A DNA stretch of 54,196 nucleotides. It comes from a virus. Lineage: Duplodnaviria; Caudoviricetes. The notes under the pieces were generated by a model. That model did no database searches. It was given only the letters and a program-made list of their open reading frames with translations, and was not told the origin of the DNA. How positions within the stretch are numbered: position 1 is the first letter of the stretch; each line of letters opens with the position of its first letter. Location: positions 1 to 54,196 of IMG/VR virus record IMGVR_UViG_3300045741_000133; one strand, given 5' to 3'. Below, in pieces: positions 39,060 through 47,722 of this stretch. Made by a program: the position numbers and the translations under genes.

Positions 39060-39503
39060 ATGGACCCGAGAGACGACGGCGTCACCCACGTGAACATCTA
39101 CTCCAAGGGGTCAACTGCTATCGGCAGGTTCCTCAGCAACTTCGCCGATTGCCACGTCAACACCGAGGACGGCTACTTCCGGACGATCGAGGGCTACTGG
39201 TACTGGCTCTCGACCAAGCACGAGCCGTTGAGGAACTTCCCTGGGTGGCAGTGCAAGAAGGTAGGTCGAAGCCTCAGAGGCGAGGATTTTCCAAGTGACC
39301 CTGACTTCCAATCGAAGATCCTGAAGGCGATAGCCTTAAAGATAACCTCGAGCGAGTGGGCCGTTCGCGAGCTCGTCAAGACCGATCCGCTCCCGCTGTA
39401 CCACTACTACGTGGCGGACGGCAAGTCCATCCCCGTCAAGGACGGTCTCTGGGTGGTCAGCTTCATATCGGAGCTTCGAGACGCCTTAAAAGGATGCACT
39501 TGA
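39060..39503 (+). CDS. NADAR/YbiA-like protein (putative)
   Basis: GRFLSNFA...DGYFRTIEGYWYW resembles the NADAR LSNF / FxTxExY motifs. Confidence 0.5.
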   Translation: MDPRDDGVTHVNIYSKGSTAIGRFLSNFADCHVNTEDGYFRTIEGYWYWLSTKHEPLRNFPGWQCKKVGRSLRGEDFPSDPDFQSKILKAIALKITSSEWAVRELVKTDPLPLYHYYVADGKSIPVKDGLWVVSFISELRDALKGCT

Positions 39504-39513
39504 TCGATTGTCG

Positions 39514-39542
39514 TTCACGACCTGACTTTCATTAAATATAAT
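39514..39542 (+). promoter_or_regulatory. Sigma70-like promoter
   Basis: TTCACG-N17-TATAAT. Confidence 0.6.
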
Positions 39543-39582
39543 GGTGCCAAGCTAAGGCGCTTCAAGCGCCAGGAGGTACCGA

Positions 39583-39930
39583 GTGTCCAAGATCGAGAGC
39601 TTTCTAGAGAGATACTTCAACGGCGCGTTGGTCGCCGCGTTCCTCGCGGCCGTCGCGATCGTCTTCTACCACGCCTCGGAGTCGACCCGCCGCTTCAACG
39701 CCGAGACGAAGGCTTACCGAAATGGCTGCGAGGACCTCAGCCCTAAGTTCAACGACCGGCTGATCGTCAAGGACGGGTTCTACGGAGGTTACGTCCTGGT
39801 GGTCAAGGGGAGAACCGACAAGTCAGTCTCAGGCAACCTCGTCACCGAGACCATCCTAGGAGACTTAGACGAGAAGAAGGACGTCCAGTTCTTGTGCGTC
39901 GACCTAAGGCAGAAGCGAGGTAGCAAGTGA
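39583..39930 (+). CDS. Membrane-anchored hypothetical protein
   Basis: AGGAGG RBS, one TM segment. Confidence 0.6.
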   Translation: MSKIESFLERYFNGALVAAFLAAVAIVFYHASESTRRFNAETKAYRNGCEDLSPKFNDRLIVKDGFYGGYVLVVKGRTDKSVSGNLVTETILGDLDEKKDVQFLCVDLRQKRGSK

Positions 39931-41003
39931 GCGAGGATAAACCACAGAGGCTCAAGATCACGGAAGCGTTCCAGCCTCTAGCCCCAAGCGACGCCAAGTG
40001 CACTATAGTGTCAGAGACCGTAAAGCAGCTGAGGGTAGATCTCTGGCTCGACGCGGATCCCAACCTCACCATCACCGACGTGGCCTGGAAGCTGAACGAG
40101 ATGGGATACCGAACCTCTATGGGCACCGTGATCAACGTGAACAACGTGTCCGCCGCCCTTCGCCGAAACTGGGGACTCAAGTACGCTCAGCGAGAGTACG
40201 TGCCTCACCGCGTGACGCTCAGAGCCAAGTGGAGCAAGGCCGTGATCGAGTCTGAGTTCCGGGTCCGGATCGAGCCCGCAGACGACCCGTACGCGAAGGT
40301 CTCCGAGGAGATCGCTAAACCTCAAGTCGAGACCAAGCCCCGGCAACCATCGGCTCCTAGAGCCTTAGAAGCTCCGTACGGCGAGAAGACGCCTCCGAAG
40401 CCGCTCGAGATCAACAAGACCCTCACGCCAGAGGAAGCGGAAGCACACTGGGCCCAGGAGCGGGAGAAGCTAGGGATCACCACAAAGAACAAGTCGCACG
40501 ATGAGTTCTTAAACGACTTGAAGAAGCACGCGGAGTCGACGACCGAAGAAGTTAAGTCGAAGCCTCTGACCCTAGACCGTAGGATGCTGCGGATCAAGGT
40601 AGTCAGCTTCCGAGAGCCAGAGATCAAGATGATCTCAGAGCTTCACTCGTCCTGGAAGGTATTGATCCCGACCGCCGACTACCGGCTCAACCGCAGAGGT
40701 ACCGGCTCGATGTCGACCGCCCATAAGTACACCCTCGTCAACGAGCCTAAGATCCAAGGAGCTTGCTACGTGGACGTGAGCTTGAGGAAGTACGTCTTGA
40801 TCCCCAAGGACCTGATCCTATCGAACCCGGAGTATCTGACCGAGTCGACCCGCCCCTTCGTGTGGGTCTTAAGCGTCCGAAGGATGCTCGAGGATCACCC
40901 AGATCGGCTGGCCCTGATCGACATACCCGTCGAGGGTAAGGACTACGTCCCGGACGATCCCGTCGCTAAGGATGTGCTCAAGAAGTTCCGAGGTGAGTCA
41001 TGA
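39927..41003 (+). CDS. Hypothetical protein with recombinase-domain-like HTH segment
   Basis: VAWKLNEMGYRTSMGTVINVNNVSAAL resembles the DNA-binding motif of large serine recombinases; no catalytic domain. Confidence 0.55.
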   Translation: MSEDKPQRLKITEAFQPLAPSDAKCTIVSETVKQLRVDLWLDADPNLTITDVAWKLNEMGYRTSMGTVINVNNVSAALRRNWGLKYAQREYVPHRVTLRAKWSKAVIESEFRVRIEPADDPYAKVSEEIAKPQVETKPRQPSAPRALEAPYGEKTPPKPLEINKTLTPEEAEAHWAQEREKLGITTKNKSHDEFLNDLKKHAESTTEEVKSKPLTLDRRMLRIKVVSFREPEIKMISELHSSWKVLIPTADYRLNRRGTGSMSTAHKYTLVNEPKIQGACYVDVSLRKYVLIPKDLILSNPEYLTESTRPFVWVLSVRRMLEDHPDRLALIDIPVEGKDYVPDDPVAKDVLKKFRGES

Positions 41004-41209
41004 GCTTCCGAAGGATGGAGAAGGACGAGATCATCTCGACCGCGGACCGTCAGCTGACAAAAGCTCTAGAGGAGAGAGGGATCAACCCTAGGGGAAAGAA
41101 CGTGCTAAAGCTCAGGGAGGCTTTAGTCGATAAGTTAAGTCAAGAGGTAGACTGGAGGGATCAGATATTCCCATGGATCCCAGAACCGCAAGGAGGGAAA
41201 GATGAGTAA
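41000..41209 (+). CDS. Hypothetical protein
   Basis: Coupled ORF. Confidence 0.5.
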   Translation: MSFRRMEKDEIISTADRQLTKALEERGINPRGKNVLKLREALVDKLSQEVDWRDQIFPWIPEPQGGKDE

Positions 41210-41438
41210 GATCCACACCAAGCTAGAGATGCCCCTGGAAGACTGGGTTCGAGTATACCAAGCCCTGGAGGTGAGTCTCGCGGTGACTAGGCTTCAGATC
41301 ACGGACGGTGATCCTGAGGCGATGATCTGGGTCGGTAAGAAGATGAGACGCATCCAGGGTACGCTCCTCAAGGTCCGTCACGAGCTCGACGCCGAGACCC
41401 GCAAGCTTAGAACCGAGGGAAGCTATGACCCGCTCTAG
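41202..41438 (+). CDS. Hypothetical protein
   Basis: AAGGAGG RBS. Confidence 0.55.
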   Translation: MSKIHTKLEMPLEDWVRVYQALEVSLAVTRLQITDGDPEAMIWVGKKMRRIQGTLLKVRHELDAETRKLRTEGSYDPL

Positions 41439-41568
41439 ACCTAGGCCTAAGACCTACTCCATCCAGGTGGATAATCTTGGTCGCCTCATCCTTAGGGCTA
41501 ACACGTTGGTTCAGCTGATCGTGAGGCCGCAAGCTGCGAACACCATAGAGATACGAGCTGAGGATTAG
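41425..41568 (+). CDS. AbrB/MraZ-like microprotein (47 aa)
   Basis: Hand translation MTRSRPRPKTYSIQVDNLGRLILRANTLVQLIVRPQAANTIEIRAED. Confidence 0.4.
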   Translation: MTRSRPRPKTYSIQVDNLGRLILRANTLVQLIVRPQAANTIEIRAED

Positions 41569-41570
41569 CA

Positions 41571-41804
41571 GTGGGGTCGCAAGACGAGCAAGCTTACCAG
41601 CCTAAGTACCCTAGGATCAATAGGATGCAGCGAAGGTACCGAGACCTCAAGTCTTCCGCGAGGCTGACCCTTCATGGGTGGTTCTGGTGGACGCTCTTCA
41701 AGCTTCGCCTAGCGAGGCCTTACTCCGAGTTCATGTGCTGGAGAGGTTGGTACCGGAAGTACCTAGACGGACGATGCCACTACTGCGGTAAATACCATCG
41801 ATAA
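41571..41804 (+). CDS. Hypothetical protein
   Basis: GAGG RBS; C-terminal CHYC. Confidence 0.5.
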   Translation: MGSQDEQAYQPKYPRINRMQRRYRDLKSSARLTLHGWFWWTLFKLRLARPYSEFMCWRGWYRKYLDGRCHYCGKYHR

Positions 41805-41872
41805 GCCCGCCTCTCTTAAGTGCAGAAAACAGGCCGCGGCCCCCTAAATCTGCGTTCATACGAGGCACTGAC

Positions 41873-41901
41873 TTGACTTTACCCGACGGCTCGGGTACGA
41901 T
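41873..41901 (+). promoter_or_regulatory. Sigma70-like promoter
   Basis: TTGACT-N17-TACGAT. Confidence 0.65.
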
Positions 41902-41932
41902 GATCTTAAGCATTAAAACGGAGGTGATTTCC

Positions 41933-42169
41933 ATGACCCAACCTAAGACTAACAAGACGACCTTACTCATAACCCACCAGCTCGACGCGCCTGGAGCTCC
42001 ATTCTTCTCGGTCGAGTCCGAGATCTTCACCGGCTCCTTCAAGGACCGCAAGTCGCTCGTGCAGTTCATGACCGACCGGTTCCGGATGACCCCGGTCGCC
42101 GCCCAGGGATACGTGAACCTGGTGGTGGAGCGCGAGGAGTACGAGCTTACCGCGGAGGTGCGGTCGTGA
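41933..42169 (+). CDS. Hypothetical protein
   Basis: GGAGGTG RBS. Confidence 0.6.
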   Translation: MTQPKTNKTTLLITHQLDAPGAPFFSVESEIFTGSFKDRKSLVQFMTDRFRMTPVAAQGYVNLVVEREEYELTAEVRS

Positions 42170-42372
42170 GACTCACCATCCCAGCGATAATGGCGGCGAT
42201 GCTAGCCACGTCCTGCGTCGAGTCTCGCGACCATAAGGATCCTAGGCCTAACGCTCCGGTCCCGGGCGACGCCAGGTTCCTGGACCGGTTCGAGGACCCC
42301 GAGAACGGAGTCATGTGCTACCGCGGCTCCGGCGAGACCTTGTCATGCGTGAAGGTGCGGGAGGTCAAGTGA
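42166..42372 (+). CDS. Small putative lipoprotein
   Basis: Signal ending LATSC; GVMCY...LSCV. Confidence 0.55.
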   Translation: MRLTIPAIMAAMLATSCVESRDHKDPRPNAPVPGDARFLDRFEDPENGVMCYRGSGETLSCVKVREVK

Positions 42373-42389
42373 GCGACTCGAGCCAGGGC

Positions 42390-42950
42390 TCAGACGTAGT
42401 AGACCTCGGCCTTCATCTGGATGAGGTCCACGTCGTTCCGCTCCAGCCGGATGCGTTCTTTGTTGAGGAGGTACTTGGTCAGCTCCTTCACGCGGTCTAC
42501 CGCCACTCTCCAGAGAGCGTACTCTAGACCGGACCTAGTCACCAGCCTCACCTCTACCGATCCTCCGCCCCCGGAGATCGTCCACCACACCTTAAACTCC
42601 ACCTTGGTATCGATCTGAAACGCCCGCAGCTCCTGGGAGGCGCCTGAAGCTATCAGCTCCGTCAGGACCTTCTCGTGGTGGAACGTGAGGTTTCGGACGT
42701 ACGGCCTCTCCTTGGAGGTCTTACCTCGGCGAGGCTTAACCCCAGGCTCGTTCTTCAGGTTGCGAGCGACTCGATCCGAGACGCAGCCGTGGCACACGTT
42801 GTGGTAGCCCGAGTCCCACGAGGCATCAGGCTTGAAGTCGGTGAGCGGAAGCATCGCTCTACAGCTAGAGCAGCTCTGGAGCTTCACCCCTTTGATGACG
42901 TGGATCTTGGTGTGCTTTAGGCGCTTGGGACGACTTGGCTTTTGGTTCAT
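42390..42950 (-). CDS. Zinc-finger hypothetical protein
   Basis: CSSC...F...CHGC, as at the N-terminus of many phage endonucleases; no nuclease motif seen. Confidence 0.55.
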   Translation of the reverse strand: MNQKPSRPKRLKHTKIHVIKGVKLQSCSSCRAMLPLTDFKPDASWDSGYHNVCHGCVSDRVARNLKNEPGVKPRRGKTSKERPYVRNLTFHHEKVLTELIASGASQELRAFQIDTKVEFKVWWTISGGGGSVEVRLVTRSGLEYALWRVAVDRVKELTKYLLNKERIRLERNDVDLIQMKAEVYYV

Positions 42951-43164
42951 AACGATTCTTATTTTACAGTGTATCGCGCTGAAACGGCCGCACGATGTTC
43001 GACTAGCCCTCCCAGATGCTATCTATTCTCCCTCTTCCACTCCCCACCCCAAACTATATCCTCTCAACCCCTCGACTTTTCGTCTTCCGACCAGCCCTCC
43101 CCAGCCAACACCCATCGCTTTCTCCTACCGGCCGTCTCGTTACGACACGGACTACACTTTTACC

Positions 43165-43193
43165 TTTACTGACTTAACTTTTCACCGTACTAT
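43165..43193 (+). promoter_or_regulatory. Sigma70-like promoter
   Basis: TTTACT-N17-TACTAT. Confidence 0.55.
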
Positions 43194-43227
43194 TTTAACC
43201 ATACCAACCCTTTAAGGAGGTTCTCTA

Positions 43228-43713
43228 ATGGGATACACTACTGAGTTCTCCGGATCCTTCAAGATCGATAGAGTGCTTGACGCTGATACTGCTAAGCTAG
43301 TTCGTGGCTTGTCCAAGACTCGCCGGATGGCTAGGCGGCTTCCTGAGGCTTACGGGGTCGAGGGTGAGTTCTACGTCGATGGTGGCGGTCGCTTTGGTCG
43401 AGATCGCGATGAGAGCATCATCAACTTCAACCAGCCTCCCAGCACGCAACCAAGCTTGTGGTGCTGCTGGACCGTCGGCGAAGACCTTAAGTCGATACTC
43501 TGGAACGAGTCAGAGAAGTTCTACGAGTACGTCGCTTGGCTCAAGTACCTCCAGACCAAGATCCTGATCCCTAGGGGATACTCGCTCTCCGGGGAGGTGT
43601 CGTTTCAGGGCGAGGATCCTAACGACTTCGGGGTCATCCGGGTGGACGCCTCGACCCAGGACATTCTGGTGGCCGAGGGTCGCAGAGTCTTGGGCGAGTT
43701 CGAGCAGGCTTGA
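43228..43713 (+). CDS. Conserved phage hypothetical protein
   Basis: TAAGGAGG RBS; MGYTTEFSG...QPSLWC...EKFYEYVAWL. Confidence 0.7.
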   Translation: MGYTTEFSGSFKIDRVLDADTAKLVRGLSKTRRMARRLPEAYGVEGEFYVDGGGRFGRDRDESIINFNQPPSTQPSLWCCWTVGEDLKSILWNESEKFYEYVAWLKYLQTKILIPRGYSLSGEVSFQGEDPNDFGVIRVDASTQDILVAEGRRVLGEFEQA

Positions 43714-43836
43714 GGTATTTTGATCAGGTGCCTCGTTTCGGTACCGACTTAACTTTCGACTGTACTTTTCGACTATACTTTTGTAGGATGATCTTAACGG
43801 CGCCGATCAAGGCGCCCGAAAACGGAGGGACGTAAC

Positions 43837-44256
43837 ATGACGAATCGACTAGAGTGGTTAGAGAGACAACTAGACCGAGCGGACATCTCAGACGAGCTGG
43901 CCGACCAGTACAACCGCGAGGCTAACGAGATCCAGTCAAAGATCAACCACGATAAGGCTAAGGCTCGGCAGCGCAAGGCCCTGGAGAACGCGGCTAGGAT
44001 CCAGCACGTCTTAGAGCTGGTCGAGGAAGGCCGCATGGTGGAGCTGGTCGAGACCTACGGCGGCGAGTTCCAAGACGACTACACCATCACCGACTCCTTC
44101 ATGGTGATCTCAGGGTGCTTCAACCCGAGGAACCCCAACGGTCAGAACTGCTGGCAGTGCGACGACTTGGCTTCCGCGCTCCAGAAGAAGTTTCAATTGA
44201 TCTACTACCGAGTCTACGACCACTACGTCCGGCTCCAAGACCAGAAGGTAGGCTAA
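43837..44256 (+). CDS. Hypothetical protein
   Basis: GGAGG RBS. Confidence 0.6.
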   Translation: MTNRLEWLERQLDRADISDELADQYNREANEIQSKINHDKAKARQRKALENAARIQHVLELVEEGRMVELVETYGGEFQDDYTITDSFMVISGCFNPRNPNGQNCWQCDDLASALQKKFQLIYYRVYDHYVRLQDQKVG

Positions 44257-44358
44257 CATGACGATCCGAAGAGCTATAAACATGATGCTTGGCTTCGTGG
44301 TCGGTTGGGCGCTGGTGACGGCGCTCGCCCTGGCGATGGTCCACTCCGGAGGTGGTTT

Positions 44359-44607
44359 ATGAGTCGAGTGACGATGCTGGACGGCGGGGCGTTCGACGAC
44401 GGCTCCTTGGAGTGCCTGAACTTCTCGGTCGCGACTCAAGAAGAGGCCGTGGCGGTCTCGCTCGAGTGGCTGCGCTCGAAGTTCGGGAAGACCCACTTCG
44501 ACCAAGCCGTGGAAGCTAGGCGCCGGGCCGGCGAGAGCTGGATGAGCGTGAGAGACTTGACCGTCGACTGGGACGGGGACCTCATCTTAGAGGTTCACTG
44601 GGGCTGA
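44359..44607 (+). CDS. Hypothetical protein
   Basis: GGAGGT RBS before ATG 44359. Confidence 0.55.
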   Translation: MSRVTMLDGGAFDDGSLECLNFSVATQEEAVAVSLEWLRSKFGKTHFDQAVEARRRAGESWMSVRDLTVDWDGDLILEVHWG

Positions 44608-44674
44608 GTCCAGCCGATATAAACTTAACTTTTGCCAGAATCAAACAACTTAACTAACTCAAAGGAGAACTAAG

Positions 44675-45070
44675 ATGGAACTGTCTAAGGAAGCTCAAGA
44701 GAACTTGTCTAAGATCGCGTCGGGCGCGGCTAAGATCTTGTCCGAGGCCGTCGACGAGACGACCGGGCTCGTTCGCGAGAACGCCAAGGAGCTAGTTCGA
44801 GAGGTGGTCTTGTACCACGGGATAGTCGGCAACGCTTTCTCGGTTCTTGCTGCTCTCTCGTTGGCAGCGTTTACCTACTTCGGCTGGACTCATGCTCCTG
44901 AGACTGGAGACGGTCGATACTGGGCAGCTGGTGCGTGCTTGACTCTCGCGTTCGGAACCGCTATATGGGTGCTGTGCTCTGTGCAAGACGCGATCAAGGC
45001 GATCGTAGCTCCTAGGTTGTTTCTCATCGAGTACGCAGCGGACCTATTGAAGAAGGACGATGAGAAATGA
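44675..45070 (+). CDS. Two-TM membrane protein
   Basis: AAAGGAG RBS; two hydrophobic helices; APRLFLIEY. Confidence 0.65.
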   Translation: MELSKEAQENLSKIASGAAKILSEAVDETTGLVRENAKELVREVVLYHGIVGNAFSVLAALSLAAFTYFGWTHAPETGDGRYWAAGACLTLAFGTAIWVLCSVQDAIKAIVAPRLFLIEYAADLLKKDDEK

Positions 45071-45306
45071 ACTCTACCTTTACGTCCAAGTCCGTCGGTC
45101 GGTGCTTGACTGAGTACCGAAGGGTGAACTACGACGTGCTCGTCGCTAGAGCTAAGTCGTACAACCTGTACTCTCAGTTCGACGCAAACAAGTCGTCGCC
45201 GGTTAAGCTGACCGAGCCTAAGTGTGGCTACGGTCAGGTCTTGTTCGCGGTGCTCGAGACCGGCGAGGAAGTAGAGCTGATGAGCATCATCGACTCCTCG
45301 GATTAG
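45067..45306 (+). CDS. Hypothetical protein
   Basis: ATGA coupling. Confidence 0.5.
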   Translation: MNSTFTSKSVGRCLTEYRRVNYDVLVARAKSYNLYSQFDANKSSPVKLTEPKCGYGQVLFAVLETGEEVELMSIIDSSD

Positions 45307-45386
45307 TGGTTCACTAACTCCAGGAGTCTTGTCACAATACTTAGGTAGTTTTTGTTACGAACTAACAACCTTTAAGGGGGTATTTA

Positions 45387-46088
45387 ATGAACAAGATCAT
45401 GAACTTAATCGTAGCTATCGCTGCGATAGGGTTCCTAGCGGGTTGCCAGCCCGTAGAGAACGAGGCTTACACCGCTCAAGGTCAAGCCGGAGCTGCGGGT
45501 AAAGATGGCAAGGATGGTAAGGACGGAGTCGGATGCTCTATCCTGAAGTTGTTGACCGGTGCTCGCGTTACCTGCTCGAACGGGTCCGTAGACTTGTCCA
45601 ATGGTAAGGACGGATCGAACGGTAAGGACGGATCGAACGGTAAGGATGGCGTCTCGGTAAAAGGAGATAAAGGCGATCCTGGACTTCCCGGCAAGGACGG
45701 AAAGCCTGGGGTGTGCACCAAGGGTGACGCAGGTCCTCAAGGTCCCGCCGGCAAGGATGGTAAGTCGACCTCGATTCAGATCTTCACCGCGGATGCTAAA
45801 ACTTGCCCAGACGGCGGAGTCCTGATCGTGACCTATATCGACACCAACGGATCCGGCAAGTACGAAGACTGTGACACCTTGATCCAGCGCGTTCCGCTTT
45901 GCAAGCCTAAGTGCGACTGCAAGAAGGACGATGGATCGGACTGTGATCATCACGACGACGAGTATGATGACGACGGTAACGATAAGGTCGAGATCTGTCA
46001 TCGAATGAGTAACAAGACTTTAAGAGTATCTCAAAAGGCCGTTAAGGCGCATCTCGCGCACGGCGACTACCTAGGAGGTTGTAAGTGA
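45387..46088 (+). CDS. Collagen-like lipoprotein
   Basis: Lipobox FLAGC, G-X-Y repeats, Cys-rich module, C-terminal KVEICH...AHLAHGDYLGGC. Confidence 0.8.
   Translation: MNKIMNLIVAIAAIGFLAGCQPVENEAYTAQGQAGAAGKDGKDGKDGVGCSILKLLTGARVTCSNGSVDLSNGKDGSNGKDGSNGKDGVSVKGDKGDPGLPGKDGKPGVCTKGDAGPQGPAGKDGKSTSIQIFTADAKTCPDGGVLIVTYIDTNGSGKYEDCDTLIQRVPLCKPKCDCKKDDGSDCDHHDDEYDDDGNDKVEICHRMSNKTLRVSQKAVKAHLAHGDYLGGCK
45603..45646 (+). repeat. 18-bp tandem repeat in the collagen gene
   Basis: GGTAAGGACGGATCGAAC x2 plus a partial copy. Confidence 0.9.
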
Positions 46089-46600
46089 GCAACAGAACTT
46101 TAACACTGATCGTTCTTTGGATGTCTGTCGTGGTAGCGCTGTCAAGCGCCTTCGCGGCCGAGAACAAGGTCGAGGGAACCGGCAACAACGTGAACATCTG
46201 CCAGCCCAAGATCGAGGTTAAGTCATGCGGGTCTTGTTGTCAAGCAAAGCCTCGCGTGATCGTCAAGACCGTGGAGAAGATCGTCGAGAAGCCGGTCGTG
46301 GTCGAGAAGATCGTTGAGGTAGATCGTCCTCACATCCTTCCCGTTCGCGAGGTGATCGTCGAGAAGAAGATCGATCGCACTCGAAAGAACCACGTTAGCT
46401 TGCTCGCTGGCTACGGAGCCTTGGGCAACTTGAAGGAGACTCAAGAGACTAACAAGACGGTAGTTCGCACTGAGAACGGTCCCGTCCTAGGACTTCAGTA
46501 CCTTCGAGAAGTTAGGTCTGGTGAGAAGTCTTCGCTTGATCTCTTGATCCAAGCGCAGACTAACCGCACGATCTCAGTCGGTATCGGCATCGGATTTTAA
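46085..46600 (+). CDS. Secreted protein with VEKIV stalk and C-terminal beta-strands ending in Phe
   Basis: Signal peptide ending AFA, Cys cluster, ends ISVGIGIGF. Confidence 0.7.
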   Translation: MSNRTLTLIVLWMSVVVALSSAFAAENKVEGTGNNVNICQPKIEVKSCGSCCQAKPRVIVKTVEKIVEKPVVVEKIVEVDRPHILPVREVIVEKKIDRTRKNHVSLLAGYGALGNLKETQETNKTVVRTENGPVLGLQYLREVRSGEKSSLDLLIQAQTNRTISVGIGIGF

Positions 46601-46723
46601 TAAGATTTTAGGTGTGGGACGCGTCCAGCGACGGCTGGCACCTAAAGATAACGCAACTTTAGCGCGTTACTCGGTCATGAAGAACACATAACTGGTCGAG
46701 GTTTGCTTACTAGGAGTTCTACG

Positions 46724-47722
46724 GTGAAAGCTCTAATCAGATGGAGTCTGTTCTTAACGGTAGGACTCTTGTTTCAAGTTCTGATCTACGTCGTCTATCC
46801 ACTCGCTTGGTTGTACTGGCGACTCAAGGTCTACTCTAAGCCAGGCGACAAGACAGTGTCCGAGCACGAGAGCATCTCTGGCTTTCGCGAGAAGCGAGAG
46901 CCTTACGGGATGTACCTCAACACTATCGATGATCACGCCTCGTTCTGCATGTATGGAGCTTTGACTACTCTAGCTCTAGAGCTGCTGGTTCAAGAAGGTA
47001 GCGTCGTTCGTCGAGTCAACGAGGACAAGACACTGAACCGATGGTCGGTATCAGGCGATGTCATCATATCGTGGTGCCTATCGTTCACGTATCCTAAGAT
47101 CGATCAGCGAGACCTAGTTCCGGCTCTCTTGGAGCTCGCGAACTCTTACCTGAAGTACCTAGGTACTAGATCCTGGGACGAGATCAACGACGGAGACGTC
47201 AGCAACCGATGCAACAACTTCGGTGTAAACTACTGTCCTGACTCAGATTTTCATAAGATAGGTCAGCCCGCGACGGGTCCTCAGTTCTACACCTCTTCAG
47301 CCTTGTTCGCGCTTGCCAGCAAGTACTCCTGGAAGTTCAAGATCGTGTTCTGGCTGCACTGGATCATCATGGGTGGTTGGTATTGGTGGTTCGCTCCAGC
47401 CTTGTGGACTAAGGATCGTCAGCTGGTGTACGTTCGAGACATGACGATGAGAGCGTTGTACGTCCATAAGTTCGTGTTCGGTGATCGCTGGTGGATCCGA
47501 AAGCCGATGGAGTGGATCGCTTTCAAGACCACGGATCGTAGGAACGATCTTTGGTACGCGATGCTGGGTATCAACCCCATCCGCGAGCTTCCGGCAGCTA
47601 TGGACGGGTTCTTCTCTCAGAAAGAGGACTTCACGTCAAGGATGAGCGATCGAATGAACGGTTACTACGGAGAAGCAATCTACAATCTAGCAGAGCAAGC
47701 TAGAATGCTTAACAAGAGGTGA
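46724..47722 (+). CDS. Trp-rich membrane-associated hypothetical protein
   Basis: GTG start behind AGGAG; N-terminal TM. Confidence 0.65.
   Translation: MKALIRWSLFLTVGLLFQVLIYVVYPLAWLYWRLKVYSKPGDKTVSEHESISGFREKREPYGMYLNTIDDHASFCMYGALTTLALELLVQEGSVVRRVNEDKTLNRWSVSGDVIISWCLSFTYPKIDQRDLVPALLELANSYLKYLGTRSWDEINDGDVSNRCNNFGVNYCPDSDFHKIGQPATGPQFYTSSALFALASKYSWKFKIVFWLHWIIMGGWYWWFAPALWTKDRQLVYVRDMTMRALYVHKFVFGDRWWIRKPMEWIAFKTTDRRNDLWYAMLGINPIRELPAAMDGFFSQKEDFTSRMSDRMNGYYGEAIYNLAEQARMLNKR

Noticed and set aside
39927-41003. Serine integrase (temperate lifestyle)
   Set aside because: Only a short HTH-like segment is similar; no catalytic YxRxS domain.
42832-43215. ORFs across the pyrimidine tract
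   Set aside because: Pro/Ser/Thr-biased translations of low-complexity DNA with no RBS.
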